Shown here in pieces: positions 1-12,963 of a stretch of DNA of 64,000 nucleotides (its first letter is position 1; each line of letters starts with the position of its first letter). The notes under the pieces are model-generated. The model searched no databases. It was given only the letters and a program-made list of their open reading frames with translations, and was not told where the DNA came from. The position numbers and the translations under genes are program-made. Source of the stretch: Marsupella aquatica (lineage: Eukaryota; Plantae; Marchantiophyta); NCBI GenBank assembly GCA_973895155.1, contig OZ316892.1, positions 2,297,223-2,361,222 on the forward strand. The letters are read 5' to 3'.

Positions 1-3000
1 TGCCACAAGTTCCCCTAAATAAACATTACTAGATCGCTTCATACCCACGATGGTTGTGCAGTGCGCCACGTTGCCTTGGCAAGGCATGAATCTCGTTTGG
101 GAGCAGTATTTGCATAACAAGATCTACAGTACTACTACAGAAGAAGATTGAGCTAACTTGGATCGATCTGGACATTGTTGGGGATCACCTCAAATTTGCT
201 TAGCAATCAAGATGTTCCGGTAAACGCTCCCACATGATCAATGATTTCATACTTGTCAGTGGGTCGTCTGTGAGCAAGCCAGGCTGCAGCAAGCAAATTA
301 CTTGATACAGTAATTCCATAACTGTGGCAGGCAAGAGATTTCGTGATTTTTCCCTGCAGGTTTTGTAGCCGTCCAGCTCTGGATTAAACCCTAAATACCC
401 ATTAGAAAGCCTCCATCAATTCATTCAAGACTCGAAAGACGGTTCAGTGTCTCAGTCACTTTCTGCTCCTGCCCTCCTGACATACTCAAACCATGCAATC
501 CGACAAACTCGTCAGCAAAGGAGAGTGAGGAAATCAGTCAAATAAACTTGTAGCCTGTTGTACTTGAATCGTACTGCAAAAGGATCAAATGCACCTGACG
601 GTCTCCCTTCTTTTCTGTCATCGTAAAGAAAATGAGAAAATGTGCAAGAGATCTAAACGTGGGAGCAGGAAGGGCAATTTGCTTCTCTGACTATCGTCGA
701 CCTGCTGTACGTTCGAGATGTGTGTGAAATTGCTGCATACGCATATGAGGCAGAGAGCAGGGCAGTATAAGACAGACTACTTGGAGCTGACACTTAGTAC
801 CGTCCTTTTGGTACTTTGGTTTGATTGTATGGAAATATGAGATCGATTGCACAGCTAACGCAAGCTCAGGTTGCACCTTCAGAGAATCTATGGAGCTAGA
901 ATGAATCTACTTGAGGTAGTTCTGCTAATGGTGACAATGGTCGGCGTCTGCTTTGCTGCTCAAGTACTGGCTAAGCTAGGAGCAAAGTACACTGAGTGTA
1001 CATAATAATAATGCATTTGAACCCGTACTGGAAGCAGGGTCCTCCAGTCATACTACAGTACTACAGTAGTATCACGTGACCTCTCCCTTGAAGCTCTACG
1101 GCACTGTCAAGGTTTTCTGCGTCATGATCTGGACTCTGGAGCGATTACGACAAGGTTTATGGCTCCATTCGTTGTATGGCCTTCTTGCAATGTCTCCTCT
1201 GTCCTCTCGGTTTAGGTCAACTAGTAGAAAACACTATGAGTAGAAGACGTCATTCTGTAACCACATCATCAGCCGAACATGCTGAATGGTTCACGAGACA
1301 AACAGTTTTCAGTGTTCATACGCCATCGGAAGCTACAGACTCAGAGAGTATTGCGAGACGTCTGAGTCAACGAAAACCCTCAACGGTGAACGATCAAGTC
1401 TTGCCTTCGCCCTCGCCTTGAGAACTGAATGGCATCCGAATGGTAGAGTAGAGTACTTATCTGTCTAATCCAGCTTCGTTTTCGAAGCCCTACATTCTCT
1501 GCAAAAATACATGATCGTGCCTAAGTATGAACTCGCTATGCAAGCAAGTCTTTCTAGTAAGGTACCTTAGTGTACACTCAAACTGCGGAGTTCGACGACG
1601 CAGTTCCACGAAAGACCTGATTGCCGAAGTCTGGATCAAAATGCGTGATTGAGCGCGAACATAGACTTTCTACTCTTGACGCCTTGACGGTGACACAGCA
1701 GCACGTCGGCATTGTGCCACAGATGTGGGGGCAAACCGTCTGCTGTACTATCTTTTTCCCTGCGACTGGATTGGGAAGGATTTCACGAGTGCCGGTCAAC
1801 ACGGACAGATGGCCATTTCTCCATTTCCTGTGCCACACGGACGACGAATGCCAATGACCTCTCCCTTCCCTTGTACTATCGGAGAAAAGCGAACTCTTAA
1901 CTGCATGTGGGGGAGGAATTCCGTCGAACTTGCTAACGGTAGTTTTGTGCCTTCCTTCGTCGAGCCTGCGATTGGAACGAGATGGCTACGAATTTACGGG
2001 ATTCTGAGATTGTAACCTGCAAATCGCTATATGAAAGTCTCTAGGCGAGACAGACAGTCAAGGGAGAACTCGAAACTTAAAGTCTCAGATTATACTCCAT
2101 CGCTCGCACTTGATCTGAGATTGGTCCTGGTACGACAAATTGCTTACTTCGATTAAATTGATCGTCGGAGGACGTGATGGCGAGGGAGACCGACAGGACG
2201 AGGGTAGACATAAAGCGAGGCACAACATCAGGTAAAGCACTAGGGTTTTGAGTTCTTTAACTGCTTAAGATGTTAGCGCTTGTCGAGTTTCAAGAAATTC
2301 TGGTGCACATGGCTAAATATCATGGATTTGGACCCCGATTCGAGGAAGTAGCGCCTCGAACTCCTGCCCTCATCCATAGTATAACATACCAGATGAAACA
2401 GATTTCAAGGTGAAAATTGTCAGAATTGACGACGCAATATGCGATGGAAAACTCCTCGATCCAACCTCGGGATGGCATTGTCCTCCTGTCTCTGCTGTGC
2501 TGTTTTAGTAATGTCATCCCTGGCCTACCTCGGGATGGCATAATTAGGTTGAATTGGCCAGTTTCTAGATCTAGGACTCCCGAGAGGATGATCAACTAGA
2601 CTCCCAGCCCGGCAGCGTGGCCGCCGTAACGTCGCTGGCGGCGTGGGCCTTTCAAGGCGAGGCCGCAGATACGTGGTGACAGAGCATAGGTTTGAAGCAT
2701 CCGAGGTGCAATAAATGGAGTGAGGTACTGGGGTCCTCTGAAAAATATATCTTGCTTTCTATAGAATCTTTAAAGTAGTTAGATTTGCTGCACATGAGGC
2801 CATGAGGGCAATACTCGGATGTCAGTTCTCAGAAAAAGACAAATGAGCTTTCTTGAGAATCTTGTGATCGGATAATGTGCAGAGGTGCGGGTGGAGATCG
2901 ATTTCAGTCTTTGAACTTTGTCCTATGCCTGTCGAAACCATTGAACCACAAAGAATATGCACGGAGGCATCGATGCTTCCTTGTACTGGGTAAAGGACTC

Positions 3001-6000
3001 TAGCATATCCAGAACCATGGTCAGTTCTATCTCTCAACGGTTACCAATGCATTTACATATGCCGACGTTGGTCCTTGGCTTCAGTGAGAGGATAAATGCG
3101 TAGAATGAAGGTGCGGCACCTCTGCTTCCGTCGGTCTAAGCCGGTACTTTGCTTTCGACACGATCCAACAATGAATTTTCCAATTTGTCCTTTGCGATTG
3201 CAGTTTTCTCTCTGTATCGTAGACATACTCAACTCTTCTGCACCAAGGACTTCCCATGCTGCATCCAACGGACCTAGCGTGCACGAGCCTTCTCAAGCAA
3301 AAGGCTACACACAGGTCATTGAGATCTTAAAGACAGTCATAGCAATGGAGAACGAGGATTGCGCAATTGCTTCCACTGATTGGAATCTACAGAACCTAAC
3401 AAAAGCTGACTGCAAATCTCGGCAACGTTGAAGACATTTTCGTGGTCAACTCAGCTTTCCTGTATTCCAAGTTGTATCCATACGTCCGACTCCCTTCAAC
3501 TAGAGTAGGCTCAATCGGACACCATTACATTGAATTGAAATGGCAACATGTAAAACCTACCCACACCAAAACCTCAGAACTTGTGAACGAAAAATGCAAT
3601 CGAAAGCCGGTGAGATGAATGATTCGGCCTTCACAAATCGTTTCGATCCCGAGTGACTTTGGTAGCTACAGCGAGTGAAATTGTCACTCACCATAGAACA
3701 GAAATAAGAATCAGCGGACCTTGGCCTTGAACGTGGAAGAAATGGCTGATAAGTACTCGGTTATCCTTCGTTTATCCTTCACAATGCTCAAATCTAGTCT
3801 GCCAACCGCGTCCAACCTGTGGCCTTTCAAGATATACACACGCAGTCCCACAATGAATTTACCAGGATGTATCCCTTGGCACCGCATACCTGCAAAGGCA
3901 AAGGCATAGGAGTCAACCACTGATATCTACCAAGAGTGTCATCACCTATTCCAAAACCTGACCGCCATGAACTTAGAGAAATGTGAGAGATTGAGTAGCT
4001 GGATGTCAGATGTGATGTCGACCTGGGGTCGACCTTGACAAACTGGCTACTGCTGGAGTACTGCAGGAGCCTAGGTGACATGGACTCTCGCTAAAGCTTA
4101 TAACGACAGTTTTCTTCTTTGGCTCTTGAACTCAAGCTGGATTGTCGCTCTGTTTACACTTTTTGAAAAAGATCATGAGAAATAGTCCCTTGCTAAGAGG
4201 TTTCTGTGTTCCTTTTCTTACCAACAATGGTTATCGTCATGCTTGAAATCCAACGGAACTGTATGAGTTTGCAATGAAAGACATTCCGGTATATGCGCCT
4301 GACTATCAACTTGTGCTGGTGAAGACGGTTTCTTTGTTAGATGTACAATGTTTCAACTAAGTATCCATTTGAAATTGCATAGGATTCAATCATTTGTTGC
4401 ATATGAACAATTTGACCGTGCAGATGACAGGAGCGATGTGAATTTGTGCAGGAATATATGATGCCTAACTATGATGTCCAAACCATCCTGGGACTACCAA
4501 ACTCACACGGCTGTCTTACCTTGTGTAAAGTTGGACGCTTTCGCTCTCATTTTTTACCGTTGATCAACAATCATGGTCACCATAGATCAACGTTTTGCCT
4601 TGGAAATCGTTGCCAAGCCAGCTTGTATCCATCCGAGTCCAAAGATATCACTTGTTTCCGACATCAGGTTTTTGATCATGATCTGTTTTCTGCTTGTTGA
4701 GTCACTGGCATTCCAGTAAGTTTCGATAGGAAGACTAACATTGAAATCTTAGCCAAGTACACCTACTCATGTCTCATTAGATGTGCAAACCACAAACTGG
4801 CCCTGTGGCCACCAATGACTCGCAAAATTGTAAGTTCCTTTCGGAACATAGGTACTGAAAAGGAGACAGGTTTCGTGTCAAAATTTCCCCCCGGTTTACC
4901 AGGTTAGACTGGCTAGAATTGAATCTGAAAGATTGTGCCTTTACTACAGACTCCATGCACGGCTGGCTCTAAACTTTGTTGATACAATCAACCCTGTGCA
5001 ATTCTATTTCTTGCAGTCACATTGACATTGATCTTACACTAGAGCAAACAAAAGCTATCAGGTCACTTGCCATGCATTCGTCCTCTCATGCATTAGTAAC
5101 AAGGTACACAAAAGGCTGTAAGAAGTTGTCTCTCACAACAATGGATTGTAAGTCTGTTGCTTTCAAACCCCATAGACGCTTGATCAATGATTCACATCAA
5201 GCCAGTCAACAGTAGTGAACACCCTTGATGAGCAGAATTCGTGACACCTGCAAACTCTTGTCTACAACTTAAATTCATTCTTCAAGCAGATGCAATCAAT
5301 GGGCTGAATGGATTGAACAGGGCAACAATCAGAGAAATAGTCCCTGTGAACCTCGGTTTCTTCCCTTCTCCGGCAACAAGTTCTGGAGTATGTCCAAAGA
5401 GAAATCCAACGTCAGTTCTCAACTCTCTTGATGAGCATGAGCCACATCAGCTGTTAGAGGTTTTGCCATCGAGACGCTGTTCTACTCAAGCAAAGATTGG
5501 TCCATGTACTGTACGAGCGCCGAAGTCTAGCTCTAACGGTCTGCAAGAAATTAAACGTGGTGAAAAGCTTGAACCAAGACCCTCGACCACTGTCAACCAG
5601 GTGAGCTGGCGTCCAAAGAATCAGGTACACACATCACAATTAATACATAACTGGGTTGTTGAAACGTTATCCCTCTACTGTAAGGTTTCAGCTCTCCATT
5701 CAACTAACACGACTCTTGCTTGGGAGTTAAGGAAGCCTCACGAGTGAAGGTCGACATTGAATTGTGGAAGTTTCACATTCTCATAAACAGGCACACAAAG
5801 AAACCGATTATGACTAATTTCCATTGCTGCTTTGGTCAAGTGTATCTCTTATGGAATCAGAACTCAAAATAGCTTCGACGTAGCATTTCCTTTTGATGAG
5901 ATATCACTCGGGCAGGGGCTAAATGAGTTTTAAAATGTTGTCATTTTGGTCAAGGTAGAGCAGTTGCCCGTTGAATCTTGCTCGGCAAAACGTGAAAAAC

Positions 6001-7462
6001 CGACCTTGCACGAAAATTTCATGCAGTTTTCATCAAAAGCAAAATTGAAGACCATCAAACAGGTACGGACCACATGACATCAGACCCTGCTAGCTAGGCT
6101 ACTTATTATTACTTTACTGTTAATCTGTATTTTGAGAAGACGTGTATCTAGACCATGGGTTGTTGAAATCGAGGGAGCAGCTACAGTGTTTGGATGTACT
6201 CGAGCCTCGTCTTTTTCACCAATTCAAATGCTTTACGGCATACTTCTTTCACCAGAGCTAGTGGGGAATCTGAAACCTTATTGTTTCCTTTGGTTTAGCT
6301 CGCACCCACTCAACACCATCCCTGTGATTGAGCTTGACCCTGATATCCACTGCTTGGCATGACCAACGCTTCTCACCGGCCATAATCATTGTTCGGTCCT
6401 CACCTTCCATTTGTATGTCTGCTACCAAAATGAACACTAGGGTCTGCGACTTGCTCCAATTAGCTACGTTGGAAGACTTTCGTTCCCACGCTAATTCGAT
6501 TCAACTACAATTGATTCGTTGCTATCCAAGCATTCTTCTCTTGTCAAAGCCCTCTTGAAATTCTCCTTTGTCACAAAACTAAAGTTTGAAGGCAAACATA
6601 AATTCCACTTGAAATTAAATGTAGGAACTGGAATCCTGGTCGAGCATGCACTCTACATACATTTGATGTCTTAGTCACCACGGCGGGCACCACGGTCCTC
6701 CTCAACTTTTATGTAGTAAAGAATAGCTCGAAGGACTGCGGCTTGTAATTCCCACACCTCGGTTCTCCTCAACTCTATAATTATGGTAAAAGAACAGCTT
6801 GAAGGACTGAGGTTGTTGATTCCCAACATGTAGCATCCAGAATCAAGTCAAGTCAATTAAGTAACTGACACAAGGCAGTGCATGATAAGGCCAGGGAAAG
6901 TAGAAAGTAGAAAGTAGAAAGCAGATGCAAAGTTCAGCCTCATTTATCTTAATGCTACAGGCTACCAATCATCATATTCCCCCTTGAAGGAAAGGTGAGG
7001 TTGAGACGTGCACCAAAGTATCACAAGCCACTTCTAAATAACTGGAGCAAAGTCCAGAGCGAGAGTCAAAATGTTTGAGCATCAAGTGAAATATCATACC
7101 CTGCAAACTGTCGTAATTAGATAAATGCCTTACGGCATTCATTGTAGTATTGATCTGTACAGCCTGTACTTCCAGCACAATGTCTGGGGTCCATCTTCTC
7201 TTAGAAGAGTTTCAAAATAAGGATGGTACCTCTCTCTTCTCCCTTGTGTACGTGCCGCATGCGTTTTATAACATCGCAGTGCACGTTGCCTTGAAACAGA
7301 CAAAACTGTTTTGCCTTAGATACCGTAACTATTTGACCCTATAGTTGTGGGTGGGAGCGTTTTAAAATTCATCGTTTTAAGTGATTTTTAATACTCTGCT
7401 GGTAGACAGATCTCCATTTCACCTAATTTTGAAAGCTTCTTGTGGACTGTTTATTGCTGCAG

Positions 7463-10400
7463 TTTCTTGAAGCATTTGAGTACAAGCAAACTCCTGGGAC
7501 ACATTTTAATACTCACAAATTGCGGCCCCTTGCACGCATCATGGACATTGCAAGAATGGTATTAATGGCTAACAATACAATGTTGAAGTAAATCTGTTTT
7601 AAATCTCTACTTGCTTCTAGTGACCGGGTGATGAAGTTGTCCAGCTTAGGGCTAAGACCTGACTGCGTGTACACTAGTTCAACTATAAGTACCTAATCCT
7701 CAGGGCCCTCACTCTAAGGGGGTTTCATATCATGTGCGGGGGTAATAAACACTCATTAAAACTAAGAAAAAAACAGAAGTTTCTACCCATTTTGTTTGGA
7801 ACAATCAAAATGTTAGTCTTGACTCTAATCTTTTCTTATAGCAATCAAAATTGATTGAGAAAACTTGTAATTTTCCTCCACAATAATTATAATCTTTCAC
7901 TGAACTAAATTAGAAAAATTGTAGTTTTGGCGCATGGGTCAAATGAAACAAGTGAGGACACCCAGGTAATCACAAGAGTTTTGTGAATCTTCCTAGGTTG
8001 AAATTGGGGTTTATTTTATTGTGCTTTTCAGGAGACTATGATCCTGACGTAACTAAAATAACTTCCATTTGTAAAGAAATAGAATAAATTTTGGTATTCT
8101 AAATGTTCATTGACCTACTATACGAGTACAAAATGTATACAATAAAGTGACATCGCTATTTTTGTGTTGTCTATATTTATTATTCTTGTGGTCAAAACAA
8201 TATTAAAAAAATGGCTTTTATCAACAACGTCACATTGTTGCGTGCAGATAATATATTCTCCACAACCTATGAAGTGTGTTGAGGCAGTCTTCCTTGCTCT
8301 TTATCTCACGGTAATCTACCGAAATGAAGGTTTCTTACAATTGACTAATATAGATCTCTTTCCATGTAAATTAGGGAAATGCATCACAAATAGAAATATG
8401 AATAAGAATTAATGCAACCATGACCTCTTAAGTTTTAAATATCTAACTTAGTTGAGTCATTATCTTATTTAAGTTTTTTCGGTTTTTCTAAGTGAAGAGT
8501 CAATCACAACATTTGAACCCAAGACCTATGAGTCAGTACTCAAGACAGTGAACTACCACACAGCCATGCCTCTTTGGGCAATTGAGTCAAGTCATTATCT
8601 TACTAGCATGAAATGGAGACTAGCCAATATTAGTTGGGAATCCTGTACATGACCCTCACAATAGGGAACTTTGCCTTTTGAAAGAGTTGAGAACCTTGCT
8701 AGAAACAACCCACCTGTGTAACTGGCAAGCGGGCTGGCAAGAATCTTTTAATTTTTGTAATTAGGCTTTTTGTAGACATAACTTTACTCAACCTTACAAG
8801 ACAAAAGTCGGGTTTGCTTGTTTTTCATTGTCCTCACAAATCTAAATCTTATTTTGTTCACTGCCCGGTTCACTGACCTATTTTTTATCTTGTGGACAAC
8901 TCAACCTTACAAGACAAGACCTAACTTTACTCAACCTTACAAGACAAAGAATTAGATAAAAATATCATTTTTAAATTCACCAACAAAAAATTAATTCTCA
9001 CTTTTTTTTCTTGATGACATATGCTGTTTTTCTATGGCATGAATTCATACAATGCAACCAGTTTTATTGTCCAGATAAGCTTGTGTAACTTATCCACACA
9101 AATCTTTTTCTGCTCGGAGTCAGCTTTTATCCCTGCATCCAAAATCTCATCATCATCTGCTACTGGTTAACTCTTAATTTAGTCCAAGCTTGAATCTATG
9201 AGGCAAAATACTGGTTAACTCTGAATTTAGTCCAAGCTTGAATCTGACTATAAGGCAAAATTTCTTAGATAACTACATTGTTCGCTCTCATTAGTGTGAC
9301 TAACACTACCTTGAGAGCGCCACTTTTTAGGGTCTACTTGTGAATTAGTGTTAGTCACACTAATTTTTTCATAACAATATTTTTGCACACATAAAATAGT
9401 GCTAGTGTGGTCTCATGGGTGGGAAAATAGAGGGAAAATAACTATTTTGAAAAATCCACAAGAAGTAGTGTTACTTTGGACTCAAGACCACTCAGCAATC
9501 TAAACAAAGTGAAAAAAGATAATTATGAAAACCAACAAAGTTGTAACTTGGACTCAATATCAATTTACTAAAATTAGTGTAAATAACTTGAATTTTATAC
9601 TTACTGTAATTCTTGCGTAACATTAATTATGATGATCAGTAATCCCTAAAAATTAAGATGCTGTTGATTTTGGGTCCTCCGGCGTTTTCGCTTTCTGCTT
9701 TCTCCCGTGTTTTCAAGGGTTTAACTAAAAACAATTAAAAACATATATAAGTAAACCCCTAAGATTGAAAGATAAACCCATTAATTATGATTGATGCTCT
9801 TATTGCAGGCCGGTGTAGTTGATTGTGATCGTATACCATTGAGCTTCAAAACTTCCTATGATGGACAGGTACATAACAAGTAAATAAAAATGTTTATGTC
9901 TAAGCTTAAAATTATTGCTGTTAAAACTTGTTAATCTTGAAGACCATACTTTACTTGTGTTGATTAATGCGTTTATATTATTAAGGTTGTTTGTAAGGTT
10001 GATACTTATAGAGTGACAATTAAGTCAAAGAATAATGATTTTAGTTCTCCAATTACTAAAGTCAACAAGTTTTCTATCAATCAATGTTTTGCAATAATCT
10101 ACCATCATTCTGTTAGAATTTTCAAAAATGCTCAATGCTTGTCATTGTGCAAGAATATAATGTGATTTGCAATTCAAGTCAAATGTTATCGTTTTCCTGT
10201 ATATGAAGTCAGAATGGCATTGGCAAGCCAAATGGCACAAAAGAGCATTGGCAAGCCAAATGGTTTTCATTGTGGGATCTTTCTTCCTCCTTTATTGTGG
10301 AAGTTGAGAGCTCAATGGAGTAGGCAGAACTCTAGTTTCTCCGTAGCAATCTCTCCTACAGAAAACTAGACTATGATGAACTTGATTTTTAACTGTATAT

Positions 10401-12963
10401 GATTCTACATCAATTGATGGAATAAGAAAATATGTTTCAAGCTTCAGGTTTATCAGCATATTGTTCTTTTGGTTCGCTATGGTGCTAAGTTTGGTGCATT
10501 TGGAATCAGTCGTCATCCTGGATTAATGACAAAGGACATCAAATTTAGCAGGTGAGAAGATGAGTCATTTAGCCTGGCAAAATTGAAGTTTTATTATAAT
10601 CCACTTGGGAACATGCCCCAAGGACATGCAAGTTTGCTATAAATAATCCAATTTGAAACCTGCCCCAAAAACATGTCAAGGTTGCTTGAACAGAGCCATT
10701 AAATCCACCAATTAATAAAACAAAACCCAGATAAGTGGAGGTTCAATGGTTTTTAACCTCTAAGTTTAGATGTTGAGCCTACAAGCTTCCAAGAACAGTG
10801 ATTTTATGCAACCGAGTAATTGTTTTGTGCACAATTGAGGTCAATAAAATAATGGCAAAAAGCTTTGAAGAAGCGCTTCATTCACTTGCAACGGCTAACT
10901 TACTGATAGTAAAATTGAAGGTCGTGGGTTTTCTGACGTTAATTCATTTTTTGTGAGAAAAACAAGTTATGTCTAAATATAGTATAAATAATAAATATGT
11001 TCATAAAACTCAAGAATTATATGTCTAGGAGCTCGAGTTGCAGTTTGACTTACTGAATAAGCATATCACTCTCTGAAGTTGTGTCAGTTTTGATAATCTT
11101 GCAAGAGTTGATATAATTGTACGTCTTCTTGGCAGTATATGCGATATTGTTGAGGACTATAAGAAGACTTACGAAGAAGCTGAACATACTCTTCTAAAAA
11201 TCAGAGTTGGCCTACTAGTAAGTGTACAAAACAAATACTGTTCCCATTCAAAGGCACTTGGAAAATCTTGAGGTGGCGTTTTTTGCTCCCTCTTTAATTT
11301 AATGAACTAATTGGACATTCACTTAAAACTACATTGTGATTTCCATGATTATTGTCTAAAAAAATATGCATAATGGAGTCCCTGAAAAGAGCACCAGTAG
11401 GAGGAAAAGAAGGCTTGTCTATTTTACAAACATTGCAATCATGATATTCTCTCATAGTATCCCAGAGATTCTAGCTAAGAAACCTAATGTCAGCTACTCC
11501 CAAAGAAGTTTTGAAGCCTCCTTTTAGCTTTAATTTCATCCCATTGGTTGTACATGATTGTAACATCATCTGCATTTTCCATCTAATACTTGTTTAGGTG
11601 GAGCACAAGATACATTCATGCAATTTTGTTTGTTGGAGGCATCTTTGTCTCAACCTTATGCTAGAATCTTGGGATAAGGTAATAGCATGTGATAAGTACC
11701 TCTCTAGATTTAGAATAACAGGATAGTCACAGAAACATTTAACAAGTCATTGTCATAATCTGTTTTAATATCACATTCCTCATTCTCAGTCTAGAATATT
11801 CTTGGATTTTGAAGATAACATTTTAAAATATCATAAGAAATTGTAAAAACATTTTGATGTATTAGATTTATCAAAATGAGTCAAAAGTAAATGCAGAACT
11901 TTTGAGTGTGAAGGGATGAATATTTATATAGCTAGCTGAGGGAGTGACAGCTTGTAATATGGAGAAATGACAGAGGCAGCTAAGAAATGTGGCATGCTTT
12001 TTTTGAGAGACATTGCATATATATTAGTTGAGAATTTGCCCAAACAATTACTAAAGCCACACTCCATGGCAAATTTGGTTCTTACAAATGCTTGCATATA
12101 CTGAACTTAGTTAATGGCTATGGATTGTGTTTGGGTAGTGTTGTGAAGCATTGGAAAACCACATAATGATGCAGAGAAAGCTTTGGAACAAGTAGGAATT
12201 CCAAAAACCTTTGCCTACTTCAGTTTGAACATGTTGACTCCTCATCGCTCTTGATTCTCACCGTGATTGCAAAAAATTTAAGCATGCTTTAATCTTGAAT
12301 TAGAGCTTTGATGTTTGGTCCTTGTTTAATGTAGACTCAGCTATGTCAATAGATTGAGTCCATGATGGGTTTTCTGTCTTGTAGTCTCTATATTTTGTTT
12401 GTATACCGTTTCTTGTTTATGAAGCCAATCAAACTGTGGATATTATGTGTAGGTGGTTGGTGGCAGGCAAAGGCACAGATCCAAGAAGGAAGTGTCTAGC
12501 AAGAAAGGCAGCTCTTGACAACAAAATAAGAAGTGTTGTTGATTTGAAAAGAAATAAGCAGGTGAAGGGCAAAGAGGTTTCGACAATTGTGAAAACTCAT
12601 TTGGCAGAAACAAGGCATGTAGGAGAGATGACTTGCAACAACAAAGTTCAAGAAACAGTGCTGGCAGATATGAGTGTGGCGTCATGGACAAGGAAGGAAA
12701 AGACACAAGATATCCATGCTAATATATCTAAGCCATTGATAAAAGGCCATGTATTGAAAAGTCAGGCATCCAGACTTGTAATGCACAATGCTCAATTTGT
12801 TAACCCTAAACTCTTTTCTCATAAGAGGTTTCTGAGGTCTGACCTAACTTCCTTCCAATGTAGAAGAAAGATAAAAGTCACGCTGAACTTAGATAATGCT
12901 AACAAACCCATCATAAGGCCACAAGCAAAACAAAGAAAATGTGCCATTCTTGTACATGCTTAA
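7463..12963 (+). CDS. Vasohibin-family protein (transglutaminase-like cysteine protease, putative tubulin carboxypeptidase/detyrosinase); multi-exon, 5' end not resolved
   Basis: Eight GT-AG exons join in frame with consistent phases: 7463-7558 FLEAFEYKQTPGTHFNTHKLRPLARIMDIARM; 8248-8310 IIYSPQPMKCVEAVFLALYLT; 9809-9868 AGVVDCDRIPLSFKTSYDGQ; 10448-10551 VYQHIVLLVRYGAKFGAFGISRHPGLMTKDIKFS; 11136-11217 ICDIVEDYKKTYEEAEHTLLKIRVGLL; 11598-11678 VEHKIHSCNFVCWRHLCLNLMLESWDK; 12139-12191 CCEALENHIMMQRKLWN; 12453-12963 basic tail to TAA. These are collinear with the recalled vasohibin motifs RPLxxLMDxA, PIKCLEAVILGIYLT, RFPISFKT, HIVL, GALGMSR. The last two exons are less certain than the first six. 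Confidence 0.9.
8468..8589 (-). mobile_element. tRNA-derived SINE in a vasohibin intron
   Basis: Minus strand has an A-box-like TGGCTGTGTGG, a B-box-like GGTTCAAAT and an A-rich tail. A 13-bp direct repeat AGTCATTATCTTA flanks it at 8455-8467 and 8590-8602. A related copy lies at about 55993-56072. Confidence 0.7.
8781..9260. repeat. Short intronic direct duplications
   Basis: ACTCAACCTTACAAGACAA occurs three times (about 8786, 8899, 8929). TACTGGTTAACTCT.AATTTAGTCCAAGCTTGAATCT occurs twice (about 9161, 9209). Confidence 0.8.
9290..9364. repeat. Perfect 19-bp inverted repeat (hairpin) in a vasohibin intron
   Basis: ATTAGTGTGACTAACACTA (9290-9308) and its exact reverse complement (9346-9364), separated by a 37-nt spacer. 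Confidence 0.85.

Noticed and set aside
5241-5747. 168-aa plus-strand ORF as a vasohibin 5' exon or separate gene
   Set aside because: GTG start, no recognisable motif and no convincing splice link to 7463.
7180-7344. ATG at about 7180 (MSGVHLLLEEFQNKD) as the vasohibin start exon
   Set aside because: No donor giving the phase-0 join to 7463 with vasohibin-like sequence was found; left unresolved.
8699-8735. CTAG plus weak hairpin as another Helitron end
   Set aside because: The stem is mismatched and the flanking base does not fit the A|T insertion rule.
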